Counted from the first letter of the stretch, positions 1-9,328 are shown. The stretch: DNA of 30,255 nt from Candidatus Curtissbacteria bacterium RIFCSPLOWO2_01_FULL_37_9 (GCA_001776425.1 MFBN01000014.1:11596-41850), one strand, 5' to 3'. Notes: a model not told the origin generated them from the sequence alone. Program-made: numbers and translations.

Positions 1-177
1 TTAGGAGGAGCCGGTATGGTCCATCCCAAAGTCTTAACCAATGGAGGGATCGATTCCAATATCTATAGCGGATTTGCTTTCGGCTGGGGAATCGAAAGAA
101 CAATTTCCATGAAAGTGGATCTTGGTGATATCCGCCTGCTATATCAAAACGATATTAGATTTTTAGAACAATTTTAA
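1..177 (+). CDS. pheS: Phenylalanine-tRNA ligase alpha subunit, C-terminal fragment (start lies outside window)
   Basis: Frame 1 reads [12 protein letters not shown]...[11 protein letters not shown]...[16 protein letters not shown], the typical PheS C-terminus. Lies directly upstream of pheT. Confidence 0.95.
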   Translation, partial: LGGAGMVHPKVLTNGGIDSNIYSGFAFGWGIERTISMKVDLGDIRLLYQNDIRFLEQF

Positions 178-183
178 AACAAT

Positions 184-2220
184 ATGAATCTTATTATCCC
201 GGTAAACTGGCTTAGAGAATATCTCAAAACCCAAATTAACAATAATACGATCGCCGATTACGTATCCCGCTCCGGCCCATCTATTGAAAAAGTGACAAAA
301 ATAAAAAAGGATTATATTTTCGATACTGAAATAACCAGTAACCGTCCGGATACCATGTCTATTTGGGGGTTTGCCAGAGAAACACAGGCAATCTTGACCG
401 AAAATGGAATTAAAACAGGACTGATTAATCCAACAGGCTTGAATTTAAGTTTAGAACCGGATATTTCAAAAAAACTGGTTCTTAAAGTTGTTATTAAAAA
501 TAATAATCTTTGCCCAAGATTTACGGCAATTATATTAGACAATATTGTAATAAGATCGTCTCCCGCATTCATCAAAAAAAACCTTGAGCTTTGCGGTATT
601 AGACCCATTAATAACATAGTTGATATTACAAATTACATTATGCTTGAACTGGGCCAGCCAATGCATGCATTTGATTGGGATAAGATTATTGATCATAAAA
701 TGATACTGCGTAAATCTCAAAAAGGTGAAAAAATCAAAACTTTAGACGGACAAATTAGAAAACTGCCAGTTGGTTCAATTGTTATTGAGGATAAAAATAG
801 ATTAATCGATCTTTGCGGCATTATGGGTGGGGCCAACACTCAAATTAACAAACGCACAAAAAGAGTAATTTTATTTGTTCAGGCATATAACTCAAAATCC
901 ATTCGTAGAACCACTCAAGCTTTAGCTTTTCGCACCGAAGCAGCAAGTCGTTTTGAAAAAGGGGTTGACCTTGAAGGAATTTTGCCGGCTTTATCCAGAG
1001 CAGTATATATGGCAAAAAAGACTGCTGATGCAAAAATTGCTTCAGAGGTGATTGACATTTATCCTGCAAAATATCAACCAAAACCGGTAAAACTGAAAAT
1101 TACAACATTAAACCGCTATCTTGGATTCGAAATATCCTGGACAAAAATCGTTGATATACTAAGAACTTTGGGTTTTAAAGCCGAAATTCAAAATCAGATT
1201 CTTTCGGCAATACCTCCAAGCTGGCGAATCGGAGATATTACCGATGACGTTGACTTGATAGAAGAAATTGCCAGAATTTACGGATATCAAAAATTACCCG
1301 AAAAATTACCCTACGGTCATATCCCAGTACCTAATGAGAGTAATTTAGGAAAAGCAATAGAACTTAAAAAAATCCTGAAATATTTAGGATTAACAGAGGT
1401 AATATCATATTCAATTATATCCAAAGAATTACTGCAGTTAACAGGCCGACGTACCGCAGAAACTGTTGAACTGGCAAATCCTCTGACTTCTGAATGGCAA
1501 TACATGCGGCCAACACTAATCATATCACTTGCCCAAATAATTGCCGAAAATCAAAATTTACGAGATAACATTAAGATTTTTGAAGTGGCTAATACTTATA
1601 TTAAAAATGGTAATGATTTACCGCGCCAGGATTTAATGCTGACCTTAGCATTATATAATTCCGATTTTTATCAAATTAAAGAAATTCTTGATAATTCATT
1701 AAAAACATTAAATTATCAATCAAAATGGCAATTATCAAATGCGCCAAATAAATTAATTGATAATAATCAAGCGGCAGTTATAAAAGTAAATGAAAAAACA
1801 GTTGGCCAAGCCGGAATTCTACATTCTAATATTGCTGATTTTTTTGCTATTAAGACCAAAACATGTGTAGCTGAAATTAACCTTTCAACTCTTTATAGTT
1901 TGCCTTCAAAAATTAGAAATTATAAGGCAGTTTCTAAATATCCGCCTGTAATCGAAGACATTTCCGCAATTTTTGCTGATACCATCCCGATTGGTAAAAT
2001 CGTTGCAAATATTAAAAAAGCCGCGATGCCATTGGTCAAGAAAATAGAAATTATCGACGTTTTTGTAAATGAAAAGATCGGCAAAGATAAAAAATCAGTG
2101 ACTCTCAGATTAACATATCAGAGATTTGACCGGACCCCAACCCAGAAAGAGGTAACTCTAGTGCTCGAAAAAATATCAGCGCAACTTACCAAAACCTTCC
2201 ACGCCCAAATTAGAGGATAA
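184..2220 (+). CDS. pheT: Phenylalanine-tRNA ligase beta subunit, short form lacking the B2 OB-fold
   Basis: Motifs IPVNWLREY, EITSNRPD, B3/4 (RPINNIVDITNY, GQPMHAFD, ASRFEKGVD), B5 (DLIEEIARIYGY) and C-terminal FDX-ACB (YPPVIEDIS...KSVTLRLTY). Confidence 0.95.
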   Translation: MNLIIPVNWLREYLKTQINNNTIADYVSRSGPSIEKVTKIKKDYIFDTEITSNRPDTMSIWGFARETQAILTENGIKTGLINPTGLNLSLEPDISKKLVLKVVIKNNNLCPRFTAIILDNIVIRSSPAFIKKNLELCGIRPINNIVDITNYIMLELGQPMHAFDWDKIIDHKMILRKSQKGEKIKTLDGQIRKLPVGSIVIEDKNRLIDLCGIMGGANTQINKRTKRVILFVQAYNSKSIRRTTQALAFRTEAASRFEKGVDLEGILPALSRAVYMAKKTADAKIASEVIDIYPAKYQPKPVKLKITTLNRYLGFEISWTKIVDILRTLGFKAEIQNQILSAIPPSWRIGDITDDVDLIEEIARIYGYQKLPEKLPYGHIPVPNESNLGKAIELKKILKYLGLTEVISYSIISKELLQLTGRRTAETVELANPLTSEWQYMRPTLIISLAQIIAENQNLRDNIKIFEVANTYIKNGNDLPRQDLMLTLALYNSDFYQIKEILDNSLKTLNYQSKWQLSNAPNKLIDNNQAAVIKVNEKTVGQAGILHSNIADFFAIKTKTCVAEINLSTLYSLPSKIRNYKAVSKYPPVIEDISAIFADTIPIGKIVANIKKAAMPLVKKIEIIDVFVNEKIGKDKKSVTLRLTYQRFDRTPTQKEVTLVLEKISAQLTKTFHAQIRG

Positions 2221-2246
2221 TATTCGATTTTATAACTTAAATTCAC

Positions 2247-4805
2247 TTAATCCTTCCACGGTTCGCCTACAGAAACTTCGATTTCGCGTTCAGCAGATTT
2301 TCCGGCTTCATTTGTTGCTTTAACCTTAATCTTGTGTTTGCCTTTATCCGCAAAAGTAAAGCTAAAATTATAGGGACCATTATCCGATTTGTAATCTTTG
2401 ATACTACCATCAATGAAAAACTCAACTTTGGTAACTTTTTTCCCTGTTTGTACCTCCGCTTCTACCTCAAGCTTTAAATCGACCTGGTCATGATCATTAG
2501 GCTTTTTAATATCGACTTTTATTTCGTCCGGATCTTGCGTTGGTTCGGTTTTTAACTCACCAGGTGGACGGTATTTAGAATCGCCCTGAGTTTGAGACCA
2601 GGCATCAATACCTTCCTGCCAACGGTTACGGCCGTCTGTTGAAACAGGATCAAATTCTACAAAGACAAAATACTCTTTTCCATCCAGAGTTTTTTGAACC
2701 AGACAATCCCTTGTCGGTTCGGTTCCTTTAATAAAATATTCACTTCGTTTGGGAAAATCACGGCAGGGCAATCCTCCGCCTAAAGCGTCTATTTCCACTG
2801 CATTCACGTTATCTGGTTTAGAAAAACTTTCAGGAGGTTGATCTTTTAAGGCTACTGACATAATTTTATTCCAAATCGGAGTAGCACCGGTAACACCCGA
2901 GGCAATTTGCGGATTCATTGGTGAGTTATCGTTGTTACCCACCCAAACCCCAACTGAGACTGAAGGAGTATAGCCAAAAGCCCAATTATCCCTTTTATCA
3001 TCTGTTGTACCGGTTTTGGCAGCAACTGTTCTACCGGCAACGTTTAGCAGGGAATTAGTACCAAAAACCATACTGCGTGCATTATTATCAGATAAAATAT
3101 GCGAGATTAAAAAAGAAATGTCTTTTCCTATTACCTGTTTACCTTTGGGATCTTCAGCTCCTTCCAATGTTTTCCCGTTACGGTCAGAAACTTTAATAAT
3201 AGGCACGGGTTCATGATTTATTCCTTCATTTGCTAAGGTTGCATATCCATTTGTTAAATCTAATAATTTGACTTCACCGCCACCTAAAGTTATAGCCAGC
3301 CCAAATCTTTTTAAATTCTCATCAGAAGGTTCAAGGGATTTTAATCCGGATTCAAAAGCTGTTCTTAGCATATTCTTGACACCAACCAAAGCAAGCATCT
3401 TAACAGCAGGTATATTTTCCGAATTTCCCAATGCAAATCTTATCTGCATAGGGCCCCGGTATTTACCGTCGTAATTGACTGGTTTATAGGACGACTGGCC
3501 GCTTCCACCTGGAAACTCCGTTGCAACATCCATTAATACATAAGCAGGCGTGTAACCAGCTTTAAAAGCCGTAGCATAAGTAAATGGCTTGAGTGCAGAA
3601 CCCGGTTGTCTGAGAGAAAGCGTAACATTAACCTGTCCGTCGTAATTTTTATCAAAATAATCTTTAGAGCCAACCATTGCCAAAATTTGACCGGTTTTTG
3701 GATCCATAACAACAGCTGCTCCGTTACCGACTTTATGTTCTCCAAGTTTGGCTATTTCCTCAGTTACGATTTTTTGAACCTTATCCTGTAAATCCAGATC
3801 CAGTGATGTTGTGACTTTTAATCCACCTTGTTCAACATATTTTTCACCGTACCTCTGTGCCAAAATATCCCGAACATAAAAAACAAAATGGGGAGCTCTG
3901 ATACCTTGATCATTAGGCGTAAACTGAACATTTTTTATTTCTTCATTTAGCTTTTCCTCTTCTTCATGTGATATGTACCCGTCTTCACGCATTCTGCGGG
4001 CTACATCTTCCGCGCGCGTTATATAAGCTTTCGGATTGGATCCGTAAGGAGAATAAAAAGAAGGCCTTTGCGGTAATCCCGCCAGAATCGTAGCCTCCGG
4101 CATGCTAAGATCTTTGGCGTCTTTGGCAAAATATGTTTGAGCTGCCGCTTCTATACCCCAGGCTGTACCACCGTAAGGAACTTCGTTTAAGTAGATTTGT
4201 AATATCTCGTCTTTGGTATATTTTCGCTCTACCTGAATAGCCAGAATAAATTCTTTAATTTTACGGGTTAGAGTTCTTTCAGGGGAAAGAAGTGTATTTT
4301 TAACAACCTGCTGGGTTATGGTCGACCCGCCCTGAAGTTTTTGGAAAACTAATATATTCAGAAATGCCCTACCTATACCAAAAATAGAAAACCCTTTATG
4401 TTTGTAAAAATTCTTATCTTCAATAGAAATCGTTGCATTTTTAACGTATCCGGGCAACTGGTTCCAGTTAACAAGTGCCCGGTTTTTGTCGCCGTAAATG
4501 TCATAAAGTAATTTATCGTTGCGATCGTATATTTTAGTTGAAAGAGAGGAGTCTTTGGTAGTTAATTTATGAGGTGACGGTAAATCCTTGGCAAATATTA
4601 TCAGGGAAAAAAAGGTAAATAAAATTAAAACGATTAGTGAAACAAAAATAACCGTTGATATAAGACCGAAAAACCGTATCCAAAATCTTCTCTTATTAAA
4701 ACCCGAACTATCCCCAAAAGGATGATGGGAATACGATCGTGCAGATAATTTGGCAATTCTTGAAGAAAATTTACGTGCACCCGGTCTATAAGATGAAAAT
4801 TTCAT
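2247..4805 (-). CDS. Class A penicillin-binding protein (PBP1A family: transglycosylase + transpeptidase) with C-terminal Ig-like domain
   Basis: N-terminal TM helix; transglycosylase motifs EDKNF, GGSTITQQVVKN, RKIKE; transpeptidase SxxK (SALK), SxN (SEN), KTG (KTGT); C-terminal beta-rich VTKVEFFIDG...HKIKVKATNEAG. Confidence 0.92.
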   Translation of the reverse strand: MKFSSYRPGARKFSSRIAKLSARSYSHHPFGDSSGFNKRRFWIRFFGLISTVIFVSLIVLILFTFFSLIIFAKDLPSPHKLTTKDSSLSTKIYDRNDKLLYDIYGDKNRALVNWNQLPGYVKNATISIEDKNFYKHKGFSIFGIGRAFLNILVFQKLQGGSTITQQVVKNTLLSPERTLTRKIKEFILAIQVERKYTKDEILQIYLNEVPYGGTAWGIEAAAQTYFAKDAKDLSMPEATILAGLPQRPSFYSPYGSNPKAYITRAEDVARRMREDGYISHEEEEKLNEEIKNVQFTPNDQGIRAPHFVFYVRDILAQRYGEKYVEQGGLKVTTSLDLDLQDKVQKIVTEEIAKLGEHKVGNGAAVVMDPKTGQILAMVGSKDYFDKNYDGQVNVTLSLRQPGSALKPFTYATAFKAGYTPAYVLMDVATEFPGGSGQSSYKPVNYDGKYRGPMQIRFALGNSENIPAVKMLALVGVKNMLRTAFESGLKSLEPSDENLKRFGLAITLGGGEVKLLDLTNGYATLANEGINHEPVPIIKVSDRNGKTLEGAEDPKGKQVIGKDISFLISHILSDNNARSMVFGTNSLLNVAGRTVAAKTGTTDDKRDNWAFGYTPSVSVGVWVGNNDNSPMNPQIASGVTGATPIWNKIMSVALKDQPPESFSKPDNVNAVEIDALGGGLPCRDFPKRSEYFIKGTEPTRDCLVQKTLDGKEYFVFVEFDPVSTDGRNRWQEGIDAWSQTQGDSKYRPPGELKTEPTQDPDEIKVDIKKPNDHDQVDLKLEVEAEVQTGKKVTKVEFFIDGSIKDYKSDNGPYNFSFTFADKGKHKIKVKATNEAGKSAEREIEVSVGEPWKD

Positions 4806-4824
4806 AATTTGCTTGACAGAGCTA

Positions 4825-4853
4825 ATTATATATCAGCCTTGTTCTTAGAACAA
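4825..4853 (-). promoter_or_regulatory. Putative sigma70 promoter of the PBP gene
   Basis: Minus strand TTGTTC (4853-4848), N17, perfect TATAAT (4830-4825), 19 nt before the ATG. The -35 lies within the palindrome TTGTTC-TTA-GAACAA (4839-4853). Confidence 0.5.
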
Positions 4854-4854
4854 T

Positions 4855-4997
4855 CTGATATATGTCGCTCTGCGAAAGCAGAGGAAGACATATCAGAGGA
4901 GCCACTAGGCCCGCAGTCCTGAGTTTATCGAAGGGCGAGAACCGCATTGGCACTGTATATTGGTTTGAAGACCCGCAGGTTTGCTTCCCTGTGCCAA
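4855..4997 (+). other. Unidentified structured intergenic element (stacked hairpins)
   Basis: CTGAT(AT)ATGTC/GACATATCAG stem capped by CTCTGC-GAAA-GCAGAG; GTCCTGAGTTTATCGAAGGGC hairpin (4916-4936); TTGGCAC (4947-4953)/GTGCCAA (4991-4997) stem. Confidence 0.45.
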
Positions 4998-5015
4998 CGT
5001 AATCCACCCCAAACG

Positions 5016-5056
5016 GAATCCACCCCAAGGGTGACTCAACTTGACACCTGCGGATT
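5016..5056. repeat. Left REP-like imperfect inverted repeat of the RAYT cassette
   Basis: CACCCCAAGGGTG (5021-5033) + 10 nt + ACACCTGCGGATT (5044-5056), mirrored at 5736-5776. A 12-bp direct repeat AATCCACCCCAA occurs at 5001-5012 and 5017-5028. Confidence 0.8.
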
Positions 5057-5089
5057 TATATGATTTATTAGCCTCAAATCCTAAAAACA

Positions 5090-5737
5090 GTGCCATCAAG
5101 GACTATTCCTTTCGTCAATAACCATTTTTACCATATCTTCAATAGAGGCGTGGCTCATATGCCAATATTCAACACCAAATGGGACCACAAAAGATTTACC
5201 AAAACATTTTTTTATTATCAAATTAAGGGACCCAAGCCAAAATTCTCAATTTTTAGCCCTGATAATAATAAGTTGGATACAAACAATAAAATTGTTGAAT
5301 TAATCTGCTACTGTCTAATGCCTAACCATTTCCATTTTTTGCTACAGCAAAAAGTTGACGGCGGAATCACGGAGTTTGTCAGCAAAATCAGCAACAGCTA
5401 CACCAAATACTTTAACACCAAAAATGAAAGGGCAGGACCCATACTGCAAGGGGAATTTAAATCGGTTCTCGTTGAAACTAATGAACAACTTGTTCACCTG
5501 TCAAGATACATTCATCTCAATCCGCTTGTCAGTTATTTAACAGATAATTTAGAATTATACCCACTTTCCTCTTATTTGGAGTACATTGGTATAAACAAAA
5601 CTTCAGTTTGCTCAAAAGACATAATCGTCAAACAATTTAAATCATCACAAGAGTATAAACAATTCGTCCTTGATCAAGAAAATTACGGAAAGGAACTCGA
5701 AAGAATCAAGCATCAAACACTTGATTTACCTAAATAA
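5090..5737 (+). mobile_element. REP-associated tyrosine transposase (RAYT/TnpA-REP, Y1 HUH family)
   Basis: GTG start; motifs YHIFNRG, CLMPNHFHFL (HUH), QGEFKS and YIHLNP (catalytic Tyr), typical of IS200-like/RAYT proteins; flanked by palindromic repeats. Confidence 0.85.
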
Positions 5738-5776
5738 TCCGCAGGTGTAAACCTAATTCACCCCAAGGGTGGAGTC
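5736..5776. repeat. Right REP-like imperfect inverted repeat of the RAYT cassette
   Basis: AATCCGCAGGTGT (5736-5748, exact reverse complement of 5044-5056) + 10 nt + CACCCCAAGGGTG (5759-5771, identical to 5021-5033). Confidence 0.8.
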
Positions 5777-5843
5777 GCTTGGTATATTCAGACATGTTTC
5801 TGGGCGGATTCGGATGTGGGTAAGTTATATGTAGGACAAGCCG

Positions 5844-5872
5844 TTGCTAGAAAGCTTAAAAAAAGCTAAGAT
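5844..5872 (+). promoter_or_regulatory. Putative sigma70 promoter of tyrS (predicts a leaderless transcript)
   Basis: TTGCTA (5844-5849), N17, TAAGAT (5867-5872). The A of the tyrS ATG (5879) is 7 nt after the -10. Confidence 0.5.
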
Positions 5873-5878
5873 TCAGAT

Positions 5879-7069
5879 ATGGATAAAATTGAAGAATTGT
5901 TAAGTAGGGGAGTTGACCAAATCATTCCTTCCAAGCAAGAGCTCGAAAAGGTCTTAAGAAGCGGCAAGAAGCTGCGTGTCTACCAAGGGTTTGACCCATC
6001 ATCACCACTTTTACATATAGGCCATATGATCGGCATGCGAAAGTTAAGACAATGGCAGGACCTTGGCCACGAGGTCATCTTTTTAATCGGTGATTTTACC
6101 GGAAGAATTGGCGACCCGACCGGTAGGGAAAAAACCAGACCACTTCTGTCTAAAAAGACCGTTGAAGAAAACGCAAAAACATACCAAGAACAGGCCGGAA
6201 AAATTTTAGGTTTTTCAGGTAAAAATCCAGTCAAAATTAAGTTTAACAGCCAGTGGCTGGAAAAACTTTCTGCTTTGGAAATTTTAAATTTATACTCACA
6301 GGTCACCTATCAGCAAATTATTAAAAGAGGAATGTTTAAAAAAAGGCTCGAAAAAGATGAAGATATCTCATTTAACGAAATTAGTTACCCCATTATGCAG
6401 GGTTACGATTCTGTTGCCATGGATGTTGATGTTGAGGTGGGCGGCCGCGACCAGCTATTCAACATGATGATAGGCAGAGATTTAATGCATAAGATGAAGC
6501 GCAAAAACAAATTTGTGATGACAACCCAACTTTTAGTCGACACCGAAGGAAATAAGATAGGCAAGACAGAAGGAAACGCTATTGCGCTGACATTGCCGCC
6601 AGAGGATATGTTCAGCGCCATTATGAACCTCCCTGACGACGTGATAACCAAAAGCCTCGAATACCTAACAGATGTACCGATGGCAGAAATTAAAAACATC
6701 GAAGCAGATATAAAAAAAGGCGCAAATCCGATGCAATTCAAAAAGAAACTTGCTTTCGATGTTGTCAAGCAATTAAACACAAAACAGGCTGCACAGAGAG
6801 CCCAAAAAGAGTTTGAGGGTTTGTTCCAAAAAGGCGGTATTTCAGATTCAATCCCGACTATTAAAGTCAAATCCGCAGGTATTGAACTTGTCGATTTTCT
6901 GGTAGACAATAATCTGGCCACCAGCAGATCAGATGCAAAAAGATTAATAAAAGAAGGAGCAATTGAAATTGACCGTAAAACCGTTAAAACCTCTCAAATA
7001 CAATTTGAAAATAATCAAGTTATTAGGGTCGGTAAAAAAATATTTGCGAAAATTAGAATATTAAAATAA
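5879..7069 (+). CDS. tyrS: Tyrosine-tRNA ligase
   Basis: YQGFDPSSPLLHIGH, GDFTGRIGDPTG, YPIMQGYDS, GGRDQLFN, KIGKT (KMSKS equivalent), C-terminal S4 domain (SRSDAKRLIKEGAI). Confidence 0.97.
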   Translation: MDKIEELLSRGVDQIIPSKQELEKVLRSGKKLRVYQGFDPSSPLLHIGHMIGMRKLRQWQDLGHEVIFLIGDFTGRIGDPTGREKTRPLLSKKTVEENAKTYQEQAGKILGFSGKNPVKIKFNSQWLEKLSALEILNLYSQVTYQQIIKRGMFKKRLEKDEDISFNEISYPIMQGYDSVAMDVDVEVGGRDQLFNMMIGRDLMHKMKRKNKFVMTTQLLVDTEGNKIGKTEGNAIALTLPPEDMFSAIMNLPDDVITKSLEYLTDVPMAEIKNIEADIKKGANPMQFKKKLAFDVVKQLNTKQAAQRAQKEFEGLFQKGGISDSIPTIKVKSAGIELVDFLVDNNLATSRSDAKRLIKEGAIEIDRKTVKTSQIQFENNQVIRVGKKIFAKIRILK

Positions 7070-7079
7070 ACTCTTAATA

Positions 7080-7196
7080 ATGAAGCTTTTTAAGCGTTCG
7101 TATCTTAAAAAAATCTGGATCGTGATAATTGTTATTGCCGGATTAAGTTTCATATTTGGCCAGTTTGCTCTTTATCTTCTTTACGGATTAAACTAA
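7080..7196 (+). CDS. Putative 38-aa single-pass membrane peptide (below the ORF-track cutoff)
   Basis: ATG 7080 to TAA 7196: MKLFKRSYLKKIWIVIIVIAGLSFIFGQFALYLLYGLN, basic N-terminus followed by a hydrophobic stretch; starts 10 nt after the tyrS stop. Confidence 0.5.
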   Translation: MKLFKRSYLKKIWIVIIVIAGLSFIFGQFALYLLYGLN

Positions 7197-7250
7197 GTCT
7201 AAAATCGTAAACTATATTCTTTATACTTTGATATTTAAACTTAAGGTAAA

Positions 7251-9296
7251 ATGAATCCGAATTTACCTATAGAACAAATTAGTGGAATTGGCAAGTATAC
7301 TGTTTATAAGCTAAAGAGACTTGAAATAAAAACACTGGCTGATTTAATTTACCATTTCCCTTTTCGATATGAAGATTTTTCTTACAATACTCAAACCTCT
7401 AATCTCATCAACGGCCAAAAGGTAACACTCAAGGGTAATATTTGGACAATCAAAAATATAAGAGCCAAATCAGGTAAATTTTTAACCCTGGCAACATTGG
7501 CAGATTCTTCCGGGGTTGTTAATATAGTCTGGTTCAATCAGCCATACATCATTAAAACCTTAAAACCCGGTACATATGTTTCTGTTTCAGGAAAAGTACA
7601 GATTGAGTACAAAAAGCCCAAACTTCTTTCACCAACATACGAAATTTTAAGAGAAAGAACCCAACTGCCGCAAACTTTACATACCGGAAGACTTGTTCCC
7701 ATTTATCCGGAAACCGAAGGTCTAACCTCTAAATGGCTAAGATCAAAAATAGCTTCTATATTACCTCGGTACACTGCTGAGGTTACCGATTTTTTACCAA
7801 AAGAAGTAAGCAAACGACAAAACCTGATTAATCTTAACCAAGCTCTAACAAAAATTCATTTTCCCAAAAGCATCGAGGACGTGAACGCAGCAAGAAGAAG
7901 GCTTTCATTCGATGAGCTTTTTACTCTCCAGCTTGCAGCAGCTCAAAGAAGAAAAAAGTGGCAGAAGGAAAGAAGAGCCTATAAATTCACCGTTGAAAAA
8001 ACAAAATTTGAGGAATTTTTAAAAAATCTTCCTTTTGCGCTAACCTCCGCTCAACAAAGGGCAGTCGCCGAAATTCTCAAAGACCTGCAGCGCGAAACCC
8101 CGGCAAATAGACTCCTGGAAGGAGATGTCGGCTCCGGAAAAACAGTTGTTGCGGCAACAGCAGCCTATTTTGCCCATCAAAACAACATGCTGACACTCTT
8201 GGCAGCACCGACCGAAATCCTTGCATACCAACACCAAAAAACCCTAGAAGAACTGCTTCGGCCTCATAATATAAAGATTGGTATTTGGACTGCCGCAAAA
8301 AAGGAAGACGGCGACATTGTCTGCGGCACACACGCGCTTTTAATCTCCTTTAAACCCAAAAGGGAAGTCGGCCTGGTAGTAGTTGATGAACAGCACCGTT
8401 TCGGCGTTGCCCAAAGAGGCAAACTGGCCAGTTCCGACAAACAGGGCAAAAGTCCCCATATCTTAACCATGACCGCAACTCCGATTCCCAGAACGCTGGC
8501 ATTAACTCTTTATGGAGATCTTGATCTTTCGGTCTTAGACGAAATGCCCATCGGTAGGCAAAAAATCCAGACTCACGTCGTCCCAAATTTTAAAAGATCC
8601 GCCGCCTACAAGTTTATCGAAGATCAGGTAAGGGAGAACCGTCAGGCATTTATCATCACTCCGTTTGTTGAACCTTCCGAAAGCATGGCCACGGTCAAGG
8701 CCGCAGTCGATGAGTTTGAGAAACTTAAAGAGATATTTTCAAACAGGGCAAACACAGGAAAAATAAAGCTTGGCCTTCTTCATGGAAGGTTGAAGTCAAA
8801 AGACAAACAGCAAGTAATGGCAGATTTTAAAAAGAAGAAGTTCGACATCTTGGTTGCTACACCGGTTGTGGAAGTGGGCATTGATATTCCAAACGCTACG
8901 GTAATGATGATCGAATCTGCGGATCGTTTCGGACTTGCCCAGCTTCATCAACTAAGAGGTAGAGTTGGTAGGGGAAAACATAAATCATATTGTCTGCTTT
9001 TTACAGACTCCAATTCAGTAAATTCCCTCAAACGCCTTAAAAGTATGGAAAACATTTATATCGGTTTTGAACTTGCCGAACTCGATCTCAAGACCCGCGG
9101 TCCCGGTGAAATATTCGGACTCAAACAATCAGGCTACGTAAACCTCAAAATCGCCGATATTTCTAATCAGGTTCTTGTTGCCCAAACTCAGAAAGAAGCA
9201 CAATTAATAATTGATAAAGATCCAAGTTTAAAAGAATTCAAAAATCTTAGCCAAAAGCTTAAAAGCTTAAAGCAGGATTATATACAGCCGAACTAG
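7251..9296 (+). CDS. recG: ATP-dependent DNA helicase RecG
   Basis: Wedge/OB N-terminus (HFPFRYED, VWFNQPY), RLLEGDVGSGKT, DEQHRFGV, MTATPIPRTL, QLHQLRGRVGRG, DLKTRGPGE. Confidence 0.97.
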   Translation: MNPNLPIEQISGIGKYTVYKLKRLEIKTLADLIYHFPFRYEDFSYNTQTSNLINGQKVTLKGNIWTIKNIRAKSGKFLTLATLADSSGVVNIVWFNQPYIIKTLKPGTYVSVSGKVQIEYKKPKLLSPTYEILRERTQLPQTLHTGRLVPIYPETEGLTSKWLRSKIASILPRYTAEVTDFLPKEVSKRQNLINLNQALTKIHFPKSIEDVNAARRRLSFDELFTLQLAAAQRRKKWQKERRAYKFTVEKTKFEEFLKNLPFALTSAQQRAVAEILKDLQRETPANRLLEGDVGSGKTVVAATAAYFAHQNNMLTLLAAPTEILAYQHQKTLEELLRPHNIKIGIWTAAKKEDGDIVCGTHALLISFKPKREVGLVVVDEQHRFGVAQRGKLASSDKQGKSPHILTMTATPIPRTLALTLYGDLDLSVLDEMPIGRQKIQTHVVPNFKRSAAYKFIEDQVRENRQAFIITPFVEPSESMATVKAAVDEFEKLKEIFSNRANTGKIKLGLLHGRLKSKDKQQVMADFKKKKFDILVATPVVEVGIDIPNATVMMIESADRFGLAQLHQLRGRVGRGKHKSYCLLFTDSNSVNSLKRLKSMENIYIGFELAELDLKTRGPGEIFGLKQSGYVNLKIADISNQVLVAQTQKEAQLIIDKDPSLKEFKNLSQKLKSLKQDYIQPN

Positions 9297-9328
9297 ATTT
9301 CATGTTGACGGCCAGACAATTTCTGTTA

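Noticed and set aside
4839-4853. Palindrome TTGTTC-TTA-GAACAA as a LexA box
   Set aside because: Arm order and spacing are opposite to the Gram-positive GAAC-N4-GTTC box. It could be an unknown operator but there is no further support.
4891-4997. Loose resemblance to SAM-I (TATCAGAG...GGCCC...GTGCCAA)
   Set aside because: The P1/P3 pairings do not form, GTGCCAA pairs with TTGGCAC instead, and no sulfur-metabolism gene follows.
5765-5778. AAGGGTGGAGTCGC resembles the T-box consensus (AGGGTGGNACCGCG) upstream of tyrS
   Set aside because: It is part of the right REP-like repeat. No downstream antiterminator-closing strand, terminator or UAC specifier stem was found, and a promoter candidate lies downstream of it.
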